Assembly (NCBI GenBank): GCA_000934665.2
Contig: KZ539106.1
Coordinates: 1-33,239 of the forward strand
Length of the DNA stretch: 33,239 bases
Direction: 5' to 3'
Source of the DNA: Catajapyx aquilonaris
Lineage: Eukaryota
Shown: in pieces, positions 1 through 11,050 of the stretch
How positions within the stretch are numbered: the stretch's first letter is position 1
Layout: the number at the start of each line of letters is the position of its first letter
Notes under the pieces: generated by a model
Database searches by the model: none
What the model was told of the DNA's origin: nothing
Seen by the model: only the letters and a program-made list of their open reading frames with translations
Position numbers and translations under genes: made by a program

Positions 1-2
1 CC

Positions 3-266
3 GCGGCCGCAAACCAGAGCCAGGCCGGAGCGTACGCATCAATGTTCATCCCAGCCGTGCCTCACCAGCAGCACCATTCGACATTAGTCCACCAGCCGAT
101 GCACCAGGTACGATCCCGTTTACACCCGGAAATCCGCATGGGCTTAACTCTCTTTCCGATTCCGCAGGATACTGGAAGCTCCGCCGGTCAGCGTTCGCAG
201 GGCGGCCAGCAAGGGAAAGGCGTAGGCAAGCAGACGTACTCCAGCCCATACTGGAACACCAATTAA
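3..266 (+). CDS. lig: C-terminal coding end of a lingerer / UBAP2(L)-like protein (partial; probable exons <3-107 and 168-266)
   Basis: Frame open from the window start to TAA at 264-266. It ends ...HQQHHSTLVHQPMHQ|DTGSSAGQRSQGGQQGKGVGKQTYSSPYWNTN*, matching the UBAP2/lingerer C-terminus as I recall it (HQQPHSQ..HHHL.QD..SGSGQRSQ....K......Y..SPYW.N). GTACGA at 108 and TTCCGCAG ending at 167 define a 60-nt intron. Confidence 0.85.
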   Translation, partial: AAANQSQAGAYASMFIPAVPHQQHHSTLVHQPMHQVRSRLHPEIRMGLTLFPIPQDTGSSAGQRSQGGQQGKGVGKQTYSSPYWNTN

Positions 267-1790
267 TACCGGCAGACGATCTAACTTGGGCTCAGATAAA
301 CACCGTTACGCCAAGGGGGGAAAAAATGTGTACACACACCTTCTTTAGGTTCATTATAATTTTTTCCCAGTCGTACCCCTGTTCGTGAGATAACCGGATA
401 ATAGTTCGCTATTTCGAGCTATTCTCTTTTCTATTGCTATGTGAGACATAAAGATGGGGGGGAAAAAGTATTTGTAGTGTAAGTAATGCCCTCTCCCCCA
501 CATTTCTTTTTTAATGTAATGAGTGGGGGGGGTGAATTAAATATACAGGCTTTGTGATGTGGGGGGGAGGCGAGGAATTTAAGGATACAATTTTTTCATT
601 TAAAATAGGTCAAACTTGTCCATATTTAATGAACTATAAGTAAATGAAGCGAACATACACATTGTAAGATGTACTGGAAATTGCGCTCACACTTGCATTA
701 AGGTTTAAAAAGTATAAAAAAAAATAGTTTTTTTTTTCTTTTTTCTTTTTAAATGAATACAAGAGTTTAAAAAAATAATGATAAACCAGTGGAAGTGGAG
801 AGTATTTAAAAGAAAAAGTATGCTTTTCAGTTGCGTGTAATTTTTCAAATCGTACAAAGTTTTTGCTTGTCGTTCGTTTGTCGTTGTTTGTGGCGTAGGT
901 GGTCTGTGTGTATTGTTTTCTCTCTCTGATCTTTTTTTTTAAATATAATTTACTTTCCCTTTTTTTTAAAAAAAAACACATACTGTAGGGGAATTTACAT
1001 TGATGGAGTTAAAAATGAAAACTGGTTTTTTGAAAATTTTGTACATTTTTTTTGGTTTAAAAAAAAAAGTCAACTTTATTATTGAGGTGGAATGTGTGTT
1101 TAGTCATGCTTGTAATTTTTTGGGGGTCTTGGAGGAAAAAAAAAACTAAATTTGAAGCGAAACCCAAAGAACAAGGAAAAAAAGGCAATTATCTTTTTCA
1201 AACTCTTCAAATCGTCTTTTTTGCCATACAAGAAGAAAAAAACAAGTACATTTATTGTGTGGATGGAAGTTTGTAGTGTAAATGTGAGTGGCTTAAATTT
1301 TTTTTATCGGATTTTTTCCCTGTCCAATCTCCAAATGTTATTTTTTTTGTCTCAAGTTCCCATCGAGTTTTCTCAATTTTTTTTTGTTGTAGTTAGCTAT
1401 TCTATTATTATATTATTATTATTATTTACTACTATTATTGTTATTAAAAACTGACTGCAAGACAAAGTGTCACATTAAAAAAGAGGTAATAATACTATGA
1501 TTTCTTTGACTGCAGCGAAACAACTTATATATATATTATAAATATTAAGTGGCGTGTAAAGAACAAAATGGCAGCCACTGGAAGTCTTAATGTACTGATT
1601 TTTTTCCACCTGGTTACTATATTTGAAGAAAAAAAAAAAGCCCTGTGATATAGTACTCTTTTCGGGAGAGTTACACTTGACCTTTTGACCCCCCCTACAA
1701 CTGACCACCAACTTTTATGCTACATAATCAGACTTCCCTCACTTCTTTTTTTTGATCTTATTTAATGAATAAAATGAAAGGAACCCCCTC
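267..1790 (+). other. Probable long AT/U-rich 3' UTR of the lingerer-like gene
   Basis: Follows the stop codon; homopolymer-rich with no credible ORF; AATAAA near 1768 followed by GT-rich sequence. The end point is uncertain. Confidence 0.5.
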
Positions 1791-2407
1791 CCCTTAAACT
1801 TTTTGATTCCTATTACTGTGTATCATAATGTGTAGTGTTGTTTAGCCATATTTTTTTATTCGCAACAATGTTGTGGATTGGACTTTTTTTGTGGTATCGA
1901 TGCGATTTTTATTTCTTCTTTATATAACCCCCCATAGAGAGAGGGTTTTTTTTGCCCCCATTTCCACCCCCGAGAAAATACGTATACCAAAATGTTATGA
2001 AAACCGTTCGCAGCAGTCTGATTTTTCTTATTAAATGCCTTTGACTTTGTCCTATCAATGGGAGTCATTCACTTCATTTATTTATTTTGCTGTGTTTTGA
2101 AGACTGTGGTTAACATCGGCATAACCCAAAGGTAACCCGAGTTATTACAAAGTCGAGCTGTAGTAAGATGAACAGCGCAGTGCGATGAAGGAAAATTATA
2201 TCGAACTTGCCCTGCATAATTGCATCGTATGGGGTTATAATTAATTGCAAGTCCAGTCGTTGAAAAAGCTTGCATATAATATTGGCCTGATGAGACAAGC
2301 ATCTGAAGTCCACCATAGTCTCACTATTTTATGGTATGATAAGTACTGAAGCAGTAAAAAGGTATGAAGATCATAGAAACAACTGGCTCATGAGGGTGAC
2401 AAAGGGA

Positions 2408-3245
2408 TTCCCTCTGGTGATAAGTCATCCGGCACAAATGGTGTCCCTCCAGGGAGAAATCATGCTGAAATGGTCCAGAAGTCGTTCCCAGACAAGGTTT
2501 CCCTCCGGCGAGAATCTACGAATAAAATTGCTTCCCTCTGGTGAGAAGTGCTGCACAAATGGTGTGCCTCCGGCGAGAATCTACGAATCAAATGGCTTCC
2601 CTCTGGTGAGAAGTCGTCCGGCACAAATGGTGTCCCTCCGGGGAGAAATCATGCTGAAATGGTCCAGAAGTCGTTCCCAGACAAGGTTTCCCTCCGGCGA
2701 GAATCTACGAATAAAATAGCTTCCCTCTGGTCAGAAGTGCTGCACAAATGGTGTCCCTCCAGGGAGAAATCATGCTGAAATGGTATGCCTCCGGCGAGAA
2801 GTCGTTTCCAGACAGGGTTTCCCTCCGGCGAGAATCTACTAATCAAATGGCTTCCCTCTGGTGAGAAGTCGTCCGGCACAAATGGTGTCCCTCCAGGGAG
2901 AAATCATACTGAAATGGTGTGCCTCAGGCGAGAATCTACGAATCAAATGGCCTCTCTCTGGTGAGAAGTAGTGCCGCACAAATGGTTTCCCTCCAGGAGG
3001 AGATTCAGGTGAAATGGCATGCCTTCGGGGAGAAGTCGTTTCCAGACAAAACTACGTCCCTCCGGCGATCATCTATATTTATACACGACTGAAATGGCTT
3101 CCCTCTGGTGAGAAGTGCGGCACAAATGGTGTCCCTCCAGGGAGAAGTACTACTGAAATGGTGTCCCTCCAGGGAGAAGTACTACTGAAATGGTGTCCCT
3201 CCAGGGAGAAGTCGTTCAAGTTATAATTTTCCTTCCGGCGAGGAG
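2408..3245. repeat. Complex minisatellite: ~32-bp monomers with a partial 189-bp higher-order repeat
   Basis: Recurrent core CCTC(C/T)(G/A)G(C/G/T)GAGAA...AAATGG; the block starting at 2408 recurs at 2597 (189 bp later). Confidence 0.9.
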
Positions 3246-3441
3246 CCATGGGCATGAAACGGCTTCCCTCCTGTTATTCCGGAAAGGTTCGAACCGCTAT
3301 TTTAAGAGCGGCTACTTCTCAGTAGCAGCCGCCGAATCGCAGTTATCCTCAAAAATAGCGGTTTTTTTCTACCAGCTATTTCCGACCGTGATGCGATTTG
3401 TGTTCCCTCTTTTCATAACGAACTTTTTTTGATTGTGAAAA

Positions 3442-5632
3442 ATGGCGGGTTCGAACGTCGTGTCCGATGCAGCTCTTCTTCACCCCCAATTCTCCAGGCT
3501 GGTGGACCAGCTGGAGGGCCTTGTGCTGGACCAGGACTCCAGGCTGTACCGGGATGCGAAGGAGACGAAGGCGCGGGCCGGGAGGGACGCCGGGGTCAGG
3601 CGAAGGGAAGCTCTGAGGGCGCACTTCCTGTGCCAAGCGGCAAGGGAGGTCATTCGAGGTGACCCTGCCTTCAAGGTCAGGCAGGTCATTCATTCTCCAG
3701 GGTTGGTCACTAACTCGGCCTGCTTTCCAGCCCCTGCATAACAAGTACCTCACGTTGATGGCCAACATGGATGGTGACGATGATGGGATGAAGCCAGCAA
3801 ATGGTCACGATGAAAAGAGGAAGGATCAGGCACCGGTTCTGATGGGAAAGGTCGAGGAAACAATGAGGGGGTGGTGCAAGAGGACCATCTCCTTCTACGG
3901 TAAACACCACCAGGACGAGCGCTTCCTCCCGTAATAATTACAATGGAAATTAGCCATCATTACTTACAAATTACAAAATACCGTACGTGACGGCATGTAA
4001 GACGCAAGGGCAACTAACCCCCCATTTCAGCAGATTTATTCAGGCGGAAAAGGTGTATTTACGCATACAAGATGCAGGACGATTTTTTTGAGCCACTTTT
4101 GGGGGAAGTAAAGTGCGCCTTTAATATGCTGTCAAAAATACACGATAAGTGATAATCAACCAGACATAACCACTGCCAATTAATAAGTAACAATAAATAA
4201 TAAGCAGTAACTTATTGACGAATAACTGATTACCATTGTCATCAATATTAACCAATAATTACAACTTATTGTAATTTTATTGGATTACTTACTTAACAGC
4301 TGTTACTTATAATACCTGGACTGGTAGAAATCACAACTAGTACATGTTAAATATTAATAATTAGCAACTTTTATAATACCGTAATCACTAATTAAATCAC
4401 TTAATACTAAATGATGAATACGCCTCAAAATAATCAAGTCACTTTTGAAATTAATAAATAATTGAAGAATACGGCCGCCGAAATAATTTACAACTAACCA
4501 TTAAATTAATTATGCACAAATAACTTAATGACTAATAATAAATGGCCATTAAAATTAATTATCTATTACAGCTAAAATAATTCATAAACAGGAAACAATT
4601 TATTATGCATAAATAACAGCTAAAATAATAACAAGTAATGATAATGTATGCCATAAATAGCCATGAAAATAAATAAATGACCATTAAAATTTATTACCTA
4701 TAACAGGTAATACAATCATTCATAAACAACAGCTAAAATGTGAATAAATCAGCAGCTAAAATAATTAAAATAGCAGCTGAAATAGTTCATAACAAATAAA
4801 TGGTCATGGTATTCGTAAATAGCCATGAAAATAAATGACCATTAAAATTAATTATCTATAACAGCTAAAATAATAATTCATAAACAACAACTAAAGTAAT
4901 AAGAATAGCAGGTAAAATAATAAATGAGAAATAAATGGTAAAAATAATAATGGCTATTGACTCTTGTGATACGTATAATGGCTTGATATTATTAGGTCGT
5001 AATGTGAGAGAGTGACATGTTTTATTCTGTGCTACAGGCAGGAGTGGTCTGGTGCTGAAGCAGCTGATGGCACTACCGGAGGTGGCCCAGGAACAGGTTG
5101 AGACGTTGGAGTCGCTTCGGCGTAGTCTGGATGAGGAGACGGCGAGGCAAGGAGCGCTTCTGATGAGCGTGGGGAATGCGGCTGGAGACATGGTGACGCT
5201 GCTTGTCAGCGGGGAGCTGGCCCAGTCGCTGTCCACGGCACAGGAGTGCGCACAGCTGGCCACTGCGGAGATGGAGGCGCGGAGTGGGCTCATGGAGTAC
5301 AAGTGCCGGTGAGGAGCTTCACTGCCTGCGTTTCCGCACTCACGTTAACAGCTTCTTCTCTCGCCAGGAACTACAATATGAAGGTATTCGAGTGTCTGTA
5401 CCAGCGCAACAAGGTGTACAACGCAATAGCACAGGTGTACGCCGGGCTGAAGAAAAGGATCAAGGAGAAGCAGAAGAGGGAAGCGGAGCTGCGGGAAAAA
5501 CTGGAGGCGTACCAAGCGCTTGGAAAGGAAATGACAGCAATTGCCAAAGAGTACGCCAAGGTCAAGGAGAGGATCAGGAAGACACAAGCAGCCATACTGC
5601 ATGTCGAACAACCAGCAGCAGCCAAGGACTGA
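3442..5632 (+). CDS. HAUS4: HAUS augmin-like complex subunit 4-like protein, ~312 aa; exons 3442-3675, 3731-3899, 5038-5308, 5368-5632
   Basis: Four GC-rich blocks join in frame through GT-AG introns (phases 0, 1, 2). N-terminal HPQFSRLVDQL...EALRAHFLCQAAREVI and C-terminal LEAYQALGKEMTAIAKEYAKVKERI resemble recalled HAUS4 motifs (NPYFSKLLLNL...WLRSEIL...IQEL; LNSYEVLGEEFDRLVKEY..LK). The ATG sits in AAAATGGCGG. Confidence 0.75.
4480..4960. repeat. Degenerate AT-rich tandem repeat in intron 2 of the HAUS4-like gene
   Basis: Repeated AATAAATGACCATTAAAA, ACAGCTAAAATAA and TTCATAAACA modules. Confidence 0.7.
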
Positions 5633-5979
5633 CGACTTGTGGACCATTTGGAAAACTACATCATCACTGATTAATCAATTATGTAATTATTGTTAATGAC
5701 CAATAAGGGTATAAAAGCTGTGAGAATTGTTGAGCGAGGCCGTTGCCTTGCATTAAAGTTGTTGCATTGAACACTCATAATTTTTTTTCGAAACACACTT
5801 TCTTAGAGTCGAGCTATATTTTTGAGAAGTTCTGTACACTTGCATTAGTACGATTACGTACAACGTTCGTCACTTGGCAACGCTGACTGACATTGTTGTC
5901 CGATTCGACAAACTGATTTCTGATCACAGCTGAAATTCAGAGCAGATATCATTTTTGTGAGAAGTTGTGTCGAAGTGCA

Positions 5980-6312
5980 ATGGAAGGCTGGAATACGCCT
6001 GGAAAAATTGACTCCAGGTCGTTGGAGTTCATGCGTCTCTTCAGAGAGATTGAGCAGCGAATGTGCGGAGCGGACTCCAGGCCAACGGACAACATAACGA
6101 AGGCTCAGAAGCAGATAAGAGACATCGAGGGGATGATCAACCAGGCGGAGAAGGACTTGGGACCACCGCTTCTGTCGCAACCTGTAAGTGCACGTTAACC
6201 ATACGATCATGTCGATAGTAATTACTCTTTTTTTTTTCAACAGCTATTTCAAGACATTTCCATGGCATCGATGCCAGGAAACAGGCGGAGACGACAGGAC
6301 CGTCGGTGTTAG
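5980..6312 (+). CDS. Putative small ~90-aa helical protein of unknown function; exons 5980-6183, 6244-6312
   Basis: GC-richer ORF MEGWNTPGK...PPLLSQP ends at a perfect GTAAGT donor (6184). A 60-nt intron ends in poly-T CAACAG (6243), followed in frame by LFQDISMASMPGNRRRRQDRRC*. Confidence 0.5.
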
Positions 6313-6553
6313 GTCGAGATCACAGCGCAAACTGTGAATAATATCCTTTATGGAATATATCCAGAACGAGCATGTTGTATACATAAAACCCATGAATTCA
6401 GTTCAAACTGCATTTTGTCCGTTCAGTCTTCCATCATAGGCCAAACATTGCAACCGTTACATGCTGACATGTCGCAAAAAAAATCCTCTCGTTGTCCGAT
6501 CAATTTCTTAGGTGTATTACACTATCATCGGCGAATCTTGTCCGCATGTAAAT

Positions 6554-7075
6554 TCACGTATGAAACCGTCTGTGACATGCTAGATCCCCGTAGATTACAA
6601 ACGGCTTTTGACATACATCGCATGTGTAGGGTTTCTTCCCAGTGTGGCATCGCAAGTGTGCTGTTAATGTACTGAGGGCACTGTATGACTTGTGGCAGTA
6701 CTTGCACTGGAATCGTTTGGCGCCCGAGTGTATCGTTGTGTGCTGATACAACCGGCTGGCTTGCGAGAAGGTCTTCTTGCATACGGTGCAAATGTACGGC
6801 TTATGTGCCGTATGTACTCGATGGTGCACAATCAGTTCGCTCTGTTGATAGAATGACTTCGGGCAGGTCTTGCAAGTGAACGGCCTTTTTTTGTTGGCGT
6901 AGCTCGTCTCGGCCGATTCGACCGCAATGGGATCTTCATCGATTGGCTCAAATTTGGGCATCACTGCGACCATCTCTTCATCTGCAGCTTCTGATTTGAT
7001 TTCAGCTGACCCCGCAATTGTTGGCGGATCTGGGCATGCCGCAGCTTCCTCTTTCTTCACCGTCACCAAAGCCAT
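6554..7075 (-). CDS. C2H2 zinc-finger protein, 4 fingers, ~173 aa, with an acidic VKKEE/IKSE/PKFE N-terminal region
   Basis: Four CxxC-x12-HxxxH fingers with TGEKPY-type linkers (HTAHKPY, HSGAKRF, HTGKKPY). An acceptor TTGCAG lies 4 nt before the ATG at 7075, implying an upstream untranslated exon; the ORF-track start at 7111 is probably intronic. Confidence 0.88.
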   Translation of the reverse strand: MALVTVKKEEAAACPDPPTIAGSAEIKSEAADEEMVAVMPKFEPIDEDPIAVESAETSYANKKRPFTCKTCPKSFYQQSELIVHHRVHTAHKPYICTVCKKTFSQASRLYQHTTIHSGAKRFQCKYCHKSYSALSTLTAHLRCHTGKKPYTCDVCQKPFVIYGDLACHRRFHT

Positions 7076-7372
7076 GGTTCTGCAATAGGTGTGTAAATTA
7101 GGCAAATACATTGCCTCATACTTTTACGAAACAACAACACATAAGCGTCATTAAAACATTAAACGAACTGGAAAACCTATTGCGCTAATAATTGTTAGCG
7201 CTACTTCATGACTTGTGATCTTCCCTAATTACTGGGACTGCCTTCTTACTAGCTCACACTATGCGTACCAATCTCACCGTCGTTTCCACCCTGTCAGACA
7301 CCCTGCTGGAGCTCTAATTAGAGCCATAAATTATTAATTATCGCATTTAATTTAATGGATCGACCAAGGTCA

Positions 7373-7465
7373 GCCGCCATCTTGGGTGCGTTCCGACCGT
7401 CGCTTTAGTTCTGTTCGTATTCAAACACGACCGCAATGACGTCACTCCAAATCCGGATGCAGCCG
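7373..7465. promoter_or_regulatory. Bidirectional promoter module, copy 1 (between the zinc-finger gene and F-box unit 1)
   Basis: GCCGCCATCTTG (YY1/Pho-type) at 7373-7384, then GGTGCGTTCCGACCGTCGCT and AAATCCGGAYGCAGCC, all repeated upstream of other F-box copies. Confidence 0.6.
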
Positions 7466-7602
7466 ATTATATGGATTATCTTCCATCTTTCCTAATGAAG
7501 TTAATGAACACGTAATTTATACAATGTACCAAAAATGCGATTGCACTATTTATCAGGTTTAATTGGTTTCGTCGGTTCTAATTTGGTGGGGGGGGGGGGG
7601 GG

Positions 7603-7624
7603 NNNNNNNNNNNNNNNNNNNNNN
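7603..7624. other. Assembly gap (22 N) after a poly-G run
   Basis: N characters in the sequence. Confidence 1.
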
Positions 7625-7761
7625 ATTATTTTCTTGAATTCCTTTTTCTCCTGGATTCCGGTTGATTGTTGCTGCCGGGCCTTGTTGTTGGGTTGCGGCT
7701 TGATTGTTGGAGGCCTCCGGATCCAGGGGAAGGGATTGGGAGGTTGGAAGGAAGAAGGGGG

Positions 7762-9479
7762 ATGATGATGGAGACTGGAAGGATGCAGATGCAGATGGAG
7801 GCTGAGGAGAATGGTGGGAACGCTGAGGAGACAATGGCCACGAAGAGGAAGAGGGTGGACATGGGCAGGGGGGTGGAGGAAGAAGAAGAGGAGCCAGGGA
7901 GAAAGGTGAAATAAAATAGGAAAAAATAAAAAAAAATGCTGGTGTCATGTGCATGACATATGGCGCTGATTTTTACCTGTGTGGTAAGTGCTTCTTACGG
8001 TTGCAACCCAATAATATTACACTGCCTTCGTTTCAGATTGCTGGTGGATTGGGTGTCTCGGCGGTGCAGGCGAAGAGAGCGGGAGAAGCAGCGGCCGAAT
8101 CCAAGTTGCCTGGCAAGAAGCAGGTTCGTGTGACTCTTGCGGCCCAGAAGGGAGGCAGCAATGGCCGACATTGTCAAGTAGAAGCAACGGTGAGTGGGGG
8201 ATGACAATGAGCTAACTTGGCAGCCGAGACTCACCATACCTGATGATGATCATTGTCTATAGTCTATTGTGTACTACTTTACATACTTCTTGCTTTTTGC
8301 AGGCTAGGTGCAGGACCTTTTCCAGCCTGCCTGATGAGATGAAGGCAAAGGTGTTCTCGTACCTGGACTGGGGATCCCTCTACAGGAGCACGCTGGTGTG
8401 CAAAGATTGGTGCAGGGTGGCCACGGAGTGGATGGGTATTAGGAAGAAGATGACTTTGGACGGCCGGCACTTCACTCTTGAGGAATCTGTGGTTACGATC
8501 ACTAGCAACAAGACCCATCTGAAGGCAATTAACTTGAGGCATTGGGATGGAGAGAAGGCTGATTCACTGCTGAAAGTGGTAGCGGAGAGTCTTCCTCATC
8601 TGAAACATCTCCATGCTTTGGATATGTTTGTGCCACAGAATATGCTGGAACTGATTGCACGAGAGTAAGTAAAGGAGGGTCGATATGGTGCGATAAGTGT
8701 CATTTGTCATCAGTTCATTACTTTTATTTTTACCACACAGGTGCAGCGAACTGCAGGACATATCCCTGAGCAGTTTCAACTGGTATGGGGATTACTGGAG
8801 GCATCCCCTGGATATTTTGAGTTTCTGCCGAGAGCTAGAAAAGATAACCATACGTGGTAAATGTTTCCCTCCGCCATCGAACAAGGTCACTGGGCAACAC
8901 TGCCCGAAACTCACCAATGTGTCGCTTCTCACGGACACTGCTGACAGGGAAGTGGAAGTGCTCGCCTGTACTCTAGGGGGCCAGCTGAGGAAACTCACGG
9001 TTGAATATTTCAGTAATCCGGAGTCCTTCCTTCTCTTTGCACACTTCCCGCAGCTGGAGGAGCTGGAATTCCAAACCTGTGTCTTCCTAACCGATGCAGG
9101 CCTGGAAGATGGGATTGGGAGACTGCACAACCTCCGTAGCTTGACCCTACTATACCCCTACTACTGCACTGCACAAAGTTTGCGGAGGTTTTTCTCCAAC
9201 CCGAACATTGTGTGTAGCCTGGAGAAGCTCAGCCTTTCTTGTTGCTCACTGGACGACAGTTGCATATCAGCCATTGCTGCAAACTGCCCTCTCCTGACTC
9301 ATTTCTGCTTGATGAGAAACAACCGGGTCACCAACGCCCCGCTCCTAGACCTGGTGAGGAGGTGCCGCAATCTCCAGCGCCTCGTACTCAACTCGTGCAG
9401 CAAGCTGGACCTGGGCGCAGAGGCCCTGGGTCAGTTCCGAGCGGCCAGCACCACCCTCCAAATTTCTGCATCTCCCTGA
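7762..9479 (+). CDS. F-box/LRR (FBXL-like) protein, array unit 1, ~465 aa; exons 7762-7905, 8037-8189, 8303-8664, 8741-9479
   Basis: F-box FSSLPDEMKAKVFSYLD..SL....LVCKDW; cysteine-containing LRRs (CISAIAANCPLLTHFCL, LVRRCRNLQRLVL); exons join in frame (1398 nt) with GT-AG introns conserved across paralogues. Confidence 0.9.
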
Positions 9480-9816
9480 TTCCACCTGATTGACGCATCA
9501 CTCACAGTTAAACGTCACATCCTCGGAGGTTCATGTTGAAAGAAAAAAGTACAGCCCTTATGGTGGATGTAATGAGTTTGCTCTTGAAGTGAAACTCATT
9601 ATCGGTACACATTTTAAATGTGTAAGAAGTGGTTGAGTTTTTACGAGATAATCTTAAGATTAACAGTTTCAGTGCATTGAGTGGGACTGCTGTGCCTTAC
9701 TTAATGACAATCGTTGCAATAACTATCTGAATCCACATGTTGAAGGACATGAAATGCCGAATGTACAGTACTAATGTCTGTATTTTATACAGTCTTTTTA
9801 AGACCATGTATTGAAT

Positions 9817-10386
9817 TGAAATTAAACTGACACAACTGGAACCGAGATTTTCCATCGTGTAATGAGCATGTCCACCACGAATCGGATTCAATTGTAAATC
9901 ATTGGACGATCTTTCCAGAGAAAATTTACATAGCCCTTCAAATTGCTGACAGGATTTCCTCTCTTATTTTTACATTTTTTTTTTTGTCATTTGCATCCAA
10001 TTTTTTTAAAGAATCACTACGGTAATTTTGATCTGAAAAGATGAGCAACTTGGTTGTAGGCAGTGTCATTGTTCTGAAAGGTGTTGACGAGCTTGATGAA
10101 ACTTGAAGTATTTTTATTACAATAATGTGTAATGTGGATGCACAGAGAAGCAAGTGGTCCAGCACATGCAGTCGTAATAATAATACTCCTTGGGTCATGT
10201 TACGTCGCTGATGGTATTAATTGAAAAATCATGAAATATACATTTTAGGCTAATGAAATTTTTGTCATTGCTCTGTTTAGGCCATGACGCATGTTAGGGG
10301 TGACAAAATGAAGGCCAGTCAAATTTCCCTTTCGGAACGGAATGTGCAGAAGTGCCTGGGTGATTGGAAGAGCAATATTGGGTAAG
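9817..10386 (+). repeat. Duplicated downstream segment, copy A (copy B at ~16309-16879)
   Basis: Long colinear high similarity, e.g. CACGAATCGGATTCAATTGTAAATC and CGGAATGTGCAGAAGTGCCTGGGTG in both copies. Confidence 0.9.
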
Positions 10387-10841
10387 GACTGTCAGCAATG
10401 AAGGGAGACTATATTGATACCATGTGCTCAACACAAGTAGCAAGTGTTTTTTTCTTCGTCATGTAATGACCAAAGAGCATACGAACAGTACAGCACAGTA
10501 ATTGGCTGGTAAATGAATAGTCATGTTGTGCCTCCCTAATACGACTGGGACTGCTCCTTTGTAACTCACATTATCCTTACAAATATTAACTTAGTCGCAA
10601 TAAATAAAGAGGTCAACTGGGACAATAAATCACAACTTTTGCTGCCAATTAACATATTTTTTTGCCTGATCTATGCCTAAAATGCACACTATTCCATGCT
10701 AATTAATGAAACTATTTTTAAAATGCAAAATTAGCTCACCCATAAATTATGCAGGACCGAAAAAGGACACAATAATTTTTCTTGTGCCGTCTAATATGTA
10801 GAATGCTGTGAGCAATAATTGCATTATGCATTTATGCAAAA

Positions 10842-10871
10842 CTAGCAGTGGAACCCGTTCTTCGCACCCGT
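10842..10871 (-). mobile_element. Possible Helitron-type 3' terminus (relic)
   Basis: The minus strand reads ACGGGTGCGAAGAACGGGTTCCACTGCTAG|T: a degenerate GCGAAG-loop hairpin about 10 nt before CTAG, followed by T. Confidence 0.4.
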
Positions 10872-11050
10872 TACGTACCACCCGGCATCGTTACGTACAA
10901 CCTACAGCGATTTACTGGGAGTAGCATAAATTTTTGGAGATTGGAATGTCTGTGAATTCATAATCTTATAATTTGTGTCAGAAGATTTTTAAAAGGCAGA
11001 ATAAAATATTAATGACACGAAAATTTGAAATAAAAGTAGGAAGGAAGCGG

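Noticed and set aside
2183..2306. Possible C/D box snoRNA (CGATGA/TGATGA ... CTGA)
   Set aside because: Box spacing is poor, there is no terminal stem and no recognisable rRNA complementarity.
634..2316. K/F-rich ORFs on both strands
   Set aside because: Products of A/T homopolymer runs in a probable 3' UTR or intergenic region.
2408..3245. CRISPR-like spacing of ~32-bp units
   Set aside because: The intervening segments are themselves repeated rather than unique spacers; the context is eukaryotic and has no cas genes.
2336..3432. Repetitive ORFs (e.g. 2336-2719, 2548-2778, 3014-3226)
   Set aside because: They arise from the minisatellite (189 bp = 63 codons); no splice structure or recognisable domain.
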